Shown here one piece after another: positions 57,164 to 64,000 of a DNA stretch of 64,000 bases (within the stretch, counting starts at the first letter, position 1; the number at the start of each line of letters is the position of its first letter). Location of the stretch: contig OZ024740.1 in NCBI GenBank assembly GCA_964016885.1, positions 266,228,001 through 266,292,000 of the forward strand. The letters are read 5' to 3'. The position numbers and the translations under genes were made by a program. The DNA comes from Eledone cirrhosa. Its lineage: Eukaryota. The notes beneath the pieces were generated by a model. That model was not told where the DNA came from, did no database searches, and saw nothing but the letters and a program-made list of their open reading frames with translations.

Positions 57164-57204
57164 AATATGGTTTTATAAATATAGTTTCCATTTGTTAATA
57201 TCGA

Positions 57205-57254
<50 letters not shown>

Positions 57255-57329
57255 TAGACAATGAAACTTATGTTATTGCTTGGAATAAAACCCTACTGTA
57301 TAGCTTATCCGTGTTAATCGTCTTCATTC

Positions 57330-57374
<45 letters not shown>

Positions 57375-57616
57375 GAATGAAACAGTACTAGTCCTGTAGA
57401 AGCCATTACTATATTAAATATATATATATATAAGGGTAAAGACCCCTTTCGATCACGAATGACCATGGGATTTGCAGCTAGACAGTTCCCCTCCGAGGCA
57501 CATGTCCGGGCAAGGTTGTTTGTAGAAGACCAGTAGTCGCCCACGTATACCAGTCTCCACTCCCCACGCCACCGATGTTGTCCAAGGGAAAGGCAAAGGC
57601 TGATACAGCTTGGCAC

Positions 57617-57763
57617 CAGTGGCGAAGGGTAACCTGGAAAGCAGGGCATGCAGTCCAATCGCCATGGCGGAAAGTGGGGCTGTGCAGCCATACCCCTCCC
57701 TCCTCAATTCCCTCTAAATGACCCTCCCGGTCAAAGCCGCATGTAGTGTTATCTAGTGCGCGC

Positions 57764-57794
<31 letters not shown>

Positions 57795-58381
57795 CTTTTA
57801 ATATGTCTACGATTTAGTAAGCAGTCAAAATTCTGCTTGCCCCAAAGCTGTCGTGTGTTTGTGTGTATGTGCGTGTGCGTGTGTGTGTGTGTGCGTGTGT
57901 GTGTGTGTGCGTGTGTGTGTGTTATGTTTTTATATGTCTACGATTTAGTAAGCAGTCAAAATTCTGCTTGCCCCAAAGCTGTCGTGTGTTTGTGTGTATG
58001 TGTGTGTGTGTGTGCGTGCGTGTGTGTGTGTTATCTTTTTATGTGTCTACGATTTAGTAAGCAGTCAAAATTCTGCTTGCCCCAAAGCTGTCGTGTGTTT
58101 GTGTGTATGTGTGTGTGTGTGTGTGTGTGTGCGTGTGTGTGTGTTATCTTTTTATGTGTCTACGATTTAGTAAGCAGTCAAAATTCTGCTTACCCCAAAG
58201 CTGTCGTGTGTTTGTGTGTGTGTGTTTGTGTGTATGTGTGTGTGTGTGTGTTATCTTTTTTGTGTCTATACGTTTTAGTAAGCAGCCACAATTCTGCTTG
58301 CTTCAACCGACGCAATTGATCAACGCAAGATTCTATAAGGCATGCACTGTATGCGTTGCATGCACGCACCCTTCGCCTCTG
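57617..58381. mobile_element. Non-autonomous hAT-like DNA transposon (MITE)
   Basis: 14-bp TIRs CAGTGGCGAAGGGT / ACCCTTCGCCTCTG (13/14) and exact 8-bp TSD CTTGGCAC (57609-57616, 58382-58389). Confidence 0.88.
57790..58302. repeat. ~110-130-bp tandem repeat, 5 units, inside the MITE
   Basis: gtctacgatttagtaagcagtcaaaattctgcttgccccaaagctgtc plus variable (GT)n. Confidence 0.92.
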
Positions 58382-58725
58382 CTTGGCACCAGTGACGTCT
58401 CAACTCATTTATAGAGCTGAGTGAACTGGAACAACGTGAAATAAAGTGTCTTGCTCAAGAACACAACTCAAAACCCGGTCCGAGAATCGAACTCACAACT
58501 TTGCGATTGTAAGTCCGGGCTATATGATAAATGATAAATGCTGGACTACATAATAAATTTATATGTATAAATGCATTAGAAACATATTTTACGGAGTCAG
58601 CAACATTTTCTGTACTTCTCAGTTATAATATGTAGGCGAAAATGCTTAGAATTATATCTAATGCCACGCGGTAACTTCCTAAAGCACATTAACGTTACAG
58701 GAAATTTAAATATTCACACAAATAT

Positions 58726-61110
58726 CTAGAGCGGGTAAAATTCCCGAGATCTATAGACGAGTTCTCTCCAGCGGTCTCTGTCCCGCATTATCGCTGCCAT
58801 GTCCTGCGTCTCCAACAGGCTAGTGCCTGTCCTTAGGGCATCAACATACGTTAACCTTGGTCTTCCTCTTCCAGTGTGTCCATGTAGGGGCTCCCACAGG
58901 AGAACTGAGTGTAATGTCAACTCTGGATGTCGGTGAGAATGTCCAGCTAACCTCAGTCTCCTCTGTTTCACTTTTGAGCTGACGTTTGGGAGGCTCTCAT
59001 ACAGCTCTGAGTTTTTCATCCTCAGTGTATACTGATTAATGTTCAGAGCCATCCTCAGCATTCTCGTGTAACACCCATCCACCATCTGGGTGAGTTTCTT
59101 GGTCAGTGTCTAAGTCTCAGACCCGTACAGCAGCACAGACTCCACTACAGCAATGAAGAGGCGGATTTTCAGGTCTTTACGAAGGTCCGACTTCCACACC
59201 GATCTCAAGCTGTGGCACGCCGCCCAGGCTTTGCTCTTCTTCTCAACCACATCATCTTCCGTATCTTGCTCCCAAATACAGGAAGTCCTCAACCAATTCT
59301 AGCGGCTTCCTGCTTACATTAGTGATCCCCTCTGGCTTCTCAACATTCTCTACCAGATATTTTGTTTTAGTCTCATTCATTCTCAGCCCCACACTCATCG
59401 ACATATTCTCAACCTCCTGCATCAAATCCTCTGCCTCCTTCACTGTATTTGCCACCAAAACTATGTCGTCGGCAAATTCAGCATCTGATATCTTTTTAGC
59501 CTTAACTCTCCTGCTCTGAGCCGGTGCTACAGTAAAGCCAGAGTCCTGGTGTTTCTCCAGTGCAAGGCGCATACAATAATCACTACGATGATAAAGGTAA
59601 GGAGCCAATGTATCTCCCTGGAGCACTCCAGCCAGTATCTCAAAGAACTCTGTCATCCTATCAGGTGTAATGACTTGGGCTTTGGTGTTGGTGTTGAGCA
59701 GTGATATCAGGTCCACTATCTTCTTGGGGATTCCATAAGCCTGTAAGATCTTCATCAGGCAGTGACGGTCCACAGAAACAAAGGCCTTCCTAAAGTCAAT
59801 GAAAACCATGACCGAAGGAAGGCACTTTACTCTAGCTCCCTCTAATATCCTCCTCAGCATCAGGATGTGACTGGTGGTTGATCTACCCTCTCTGAAGCCG
59901 TTCTGGTTGTCCCTGAGCTTCTTCTCCATCCCAGGCTGGATCCTGTTAAGAATCATCCTGTTGAGGGTCTTTGCCACAAGTGATGTCAGTGAGATCCCCC
60001 CGTAGTTGTTGGTGTTAGAGAGATCTCCCTTCTTTGGCACTGGGACGATGTTACTGATCCTCCACTGATTCGGGGCAACTCCTTTCTCCAGTGCCTGGTT
60101 ACAGAACCCCTGGATGATATCATCAAAATCACACCTCTTCATCACCTCTGATGCCACTCCATCTTCTCCATGAGCCTTGCCCTCCTTGATCTTCTTCTTG
60201 GCTCTCTGAAGCTCCTCTCTGGTGAAGGGATCTGTCTCAATATCCAGTTATTCAAACAGCCGCCTGATCTCCCCAGTGCTCTGGGCTGTGGAGGATGGCT
60301 CTCCTAGTAGGGTCCTAAAATGGTCTAGCCATTTCCTCTTCCTATCCTCGGGCCCTATTCCCTGGATCTGACTCGAACACCTTCTCTTCCTCCTGTGATC
60401 TCGTTGATGATCATCCAGCTCTCCTTACATCCAGACCTGTCAACCGCTCTCTCCACACTTCTGATCTTCTCTATCAGTGCCTCCTCTCTGGCCTCAGTGT
60501 AAGCAGTACAGAGTTCTTCCCTCATCACCTCCACAGTCTCCATCCTCTCCTCTGTAGGATCAGCATAGAATTGATCCTTGGCAGCTTTCAGGTGTTCTCT
60601 GGCTGCACACACTTTTGGGTCTGCAGAGCGGACGTGCTTCCTTTTGTAATTTCTCCTCGGCACCAGGGTCTCACTTGCTTCCGCCACTGCATTGGTGAAG
60701 TGCCCGTCACACTCTCCTCAATCCATCCAATCTCTCTCTCCTCTGTCTCTCCACACAGAGCACTGAACCTGTTCCTCACTTCCACTGTGAACCTCTTCTG
60801 TAGCTTATCATTTTCCTTGAAAGCTCCCCAGTCATAGATTGCTCTCCGGGTCTGAGCCTTGCTCTTTATTAAGCTCACCCGGACAAGCCGGTGGTCACTA
60901 CCCAGTGTACTGAAATAGTTGTCTGGTTCTGTGTTCAGAACACTATTACGAATGAAATCAATCTGGGACTTGGACAGGTGCATATCTGAGATGTAGGTCC
61001 ACATCTTCCCCGGATTCTTCCTAAACCTTAAGTTGGTCGCTATCAAGTTCACCTCCAGCAGGGTGTCTCTCAGTAGTCTTCCATTTCGGTTGGTGGAAGT
61101 ACCAGCAAGG
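58726..61110 (-). mobile_element. RTE-clade LINE (second family), 5'-truncated within APE
   Basis: SQIDFI, SDHRLV, PVPKKGDL, QNGFREGRST, FIDFRKAF, GVLQGDTLAPY, FADDI, VLLYGSET, RRLRLAGH, GRPRLTY. Confidence 0.93.
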
Positions 61111-61661
61111 ATCTTCACTGCCCTCCTTACTCAGACACACAACTATATCCGGATAAAAAGAGGTGCTGGCTCATTAATTTCGGTGTTGTACCTGTATTTT
61201 CGTTTGTGCTATTTACTTTGTTCAGACTGCAACCTCCATAAAGTTTGAAATTATGCTATAATAAGAAAGAAGTTACTACAAGAATCTGGTTCTTTAGAAA
61301 GTAGCGAATGTAACGTGTTTTAAACTTATATAAGTTTATTAATCTAAAATAGATTGACAATACAATTAATTAAAGATTGGAGCTTGAAAGCGATAATATC
61401 TTCGATTCTTTGATTTGGAAACTTTATTGAAGCAATTTAAACGATGAGGCAACTCATTAGAGACTAGCTAACAAACTGTGATAAAAATACTCTCTTACGG
61501 GAGAAAAGAATCTCGTTAATTCAACGATACAGAGAAATCTTTCTTACACTAATTTCACTGGGCAGACGACATGTGAAGGGGATAAACAATAGCAAGAGAA
61601 TAATAGATGTGTTTGAGAGAAAGATAGTCAGTCAGAGAGGGAGAGGGAGAGTAGGATAGAT

Positions 61662-61730
<69 letters not shown>

Positions 61731-61783
61731 GATAAGAGACAGAGAAAAGAAAGAAATGAAAAGATAAAAAGGGACAAGGGAAA

Positions 61784-61855
<72 letters not shown>

Positions 61856-61859
61856 AGGA

Positions 61860-61943
<84 letters not shown>
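61662..61943. repeat. (GATA)n and (GAAA)n microsatellites
   Basis: Runs at 61662-61730 and 61785-61943. Confidence 0.95.
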
Positions 61944-62316
61944 AGGGTGTTAATATGTCGTAAATGAAAGAATCAAAGTTGGAATTGGAATTTAGTAATG
62001 TAAGAAAAGAAAAGGGAAAATAATGTAATGGGCGAAAGAAAAGCAAAAAGAAGTGATATATAGCATTGAATGGCGGAGAAAAACGATAGAGCGACATATG
62101 GCGTGAGAAGAATATGTAGCGAAGAAGGAATAGTTGTGGGAAGATGGAGTAGAAAAAGAATGTGTAAAAATGAGTAAGAGACTGGGAGGAAATAAGGTGA
62201 AGAGGAGAGTTGGGTGTAGAATACTTAAAAGATTTGGAGAGGAAATAAAAGGAAAGGAAGGGAAAGGTGTAGGTTAAAGAGAAATAGGTAGATAGATATA
62301 AGACAGACGGACAGAC

Positions 62317-62400
<84 letters not shown>

Positions 62401-62929
62401 CGTTGATTCAGATGATCAGTGAGTTTCCTCGTGTTTAACAATTATACATAGTACTGACTCATTAAGTGCTTATACACACAAACCAAGCTGTTTCTGCCCA
62501 GAGACTGAAATCGTTAATGAAAACAAGTTCTAATGAATCAACCAGAAGAAAACTCCAACAACTGAAAGCCGCGGGTGTTCGTCCTCTACTGACCTTTGTA
62601 GTAAGAGAAAATTTTTGGTCAAGATATTGCTATTAGCAAATGGCAACATTCCATAACCAGCGGTTCTTCGATAAATGTTTGGTTCGCTAAGTTAAGATGT
62701 AGAGAGGGGTAGGTAAGAACGGCAAGATAGGCATGGGGTGATGGAAAACAGTTTTCAAATCAAGCAAGGGTAATGCTGGTAAATTATTCTTTTCTTAAGA
62801 AAGCATCAGAAGAAAATTCAACACTCAATCACATCATATCCAGTCTTCAGTCTTCAAAGCAGCAAAGTTGTTTTGTTGGCTGAGTGCCCAGTCAAAGGTT
62901 AACAAGTCTTACTCTCCTCACAAGAACAG

Positions 62930-63011
<82 letters not shown>

Positions 63012-63158
63012 TCTCTCTCTCTCTCTCACTCACACACACACTTTCTATCTCTATATCTCTCTTTCTCTGTCTTTCTATATCTTTTTTCTATCTCTTATAT
63101 TTTTCCTATTTCCGTTTCGATAGCTATCTATTTTATCGGTCTTTATACATACACATAT

Positions 63159-63292
<134 letters not shown>

Positions 63293-63381
63293 TTTATCAC
63301 TGCCAGCTTAAACCTCTTCAAATGGAAGTCGGTGTTATAACGGTATGTCGAATCTATTTATCTATAAAACTGTTTATATTG

Positions 63382-63447
63382 TATTTTGTCTGAGGAAGGC
63401 ATAGCATATTGTTAATATGATATCCCCGAAATATATATAATGAAATA
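63382..63447 (+). ncRNA. Type I hammerhead, family A, in solo pLTR 63290-63578
   Basis: TATTTTGT-CTGAGGA-AGGCATAGCATATT gtt AATATGATATCCCC-GAAA-TATATATA-ATGAAATA; downstream tail matches the reverse complement of 11401-11530. Confidence 0.72.
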
Positions 63448-64000
63448 AATATGGTTTTATAAATATAGTTTCCATTTATTTAATATTGTAAATATACTCC
63501 AAATATTTGTCGAGTGCTTTTATATCAGTTATAAATATTTACTAGTTGTAACCCAACAATTTTAAATATAATTTTCCATATATATATATATATATATATA
63601 TGCGTGTGTGTGTTTGTGTGTGTGTGTTCATGTGTGTGTATGTGTGTGTGTGTGTGTGCGTGAGTGTGCAGGTGTGTGCGTGTATATATATATATATATA
63701 TATATATATGAGTGCGTACGTGTGTATACATATATATATAATATATATATATGCGTGTGTGTGTATCCGTGAGAATGAGTACTCAATACCGAAGTAGAGT
63801 TTAAATATTCTTTATTGTGACTAAGGGATAAGTTTCACCTGTGTTCTCACTGGAACATCAGACAAGACAGTCTTGTTTAGTTTTGTCTGATTATCACTTA
63901 GCCTAAATAAAATAAATATGTGTGTGTATATATGCATGAGTGTGTGTTTGTGTGTGTGTGTATATTTGCATGAGTGTGTGTTTGTGTGTGAGTGTACACA

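Larger units (their letters stand above)
57432..58520 (-). mobile_element. Second-family tRNA-derived SINE interrupted by a MITE
   Basis: Head at 58440-58520 (B box GAGTTCGATTCTC; gtgttcttgagcaagacacttta); body continues at 57616-57432 across the TSD. Confidence 0.68.

Noticed and set aside
57790-58302. CRISPR-like repeat/spacer pattern
   Set aside because: Spacers are only (GT)n length variants; eukaryotic context, no cas genes

Overview
Eukaryotic, AT-rich, microsatellite-dense DNA with no convincing host gene. The SINE families and repeat landscape suggest a coleoid cephalopod (octopus-like); this is inference. Almost the whole window is nested mobile DNA. It holds a gag-less Ty3/Gypsy element (both LTRs, tRNA-Trp-like PBS), an R4/Dong-type RLE LINE inside (CATA)n, two RTE LINEs, and four Penelope-like element (PLE) remnants of about three clades. 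It also holds three head-to-tail Tx1/L1-type LINEs bounded by (GATA)n/(GA)n, three tandem non-autonomous Helitrons, a hAT-like MITE and many tRNA-derived SINEs. The most notable hidden layer is more than a dozen type I hammerhead ribozyme (HHR) motifs, folded by eye, on both strands. Most lie in short ORF-less, self-inverted modules within (TA)n. They include a family with a recurrent non-canonical CAGANGA core, one with a branched stem II, and opposite-strand pairs, one at the ends of a ~6.1-kb inverted repeat around a PLE ORF. Nearly all short ORFs in the track are microsatellite or antisense artefacts. Nothing was computed; boundaries are approximate unless a motif is quoted.
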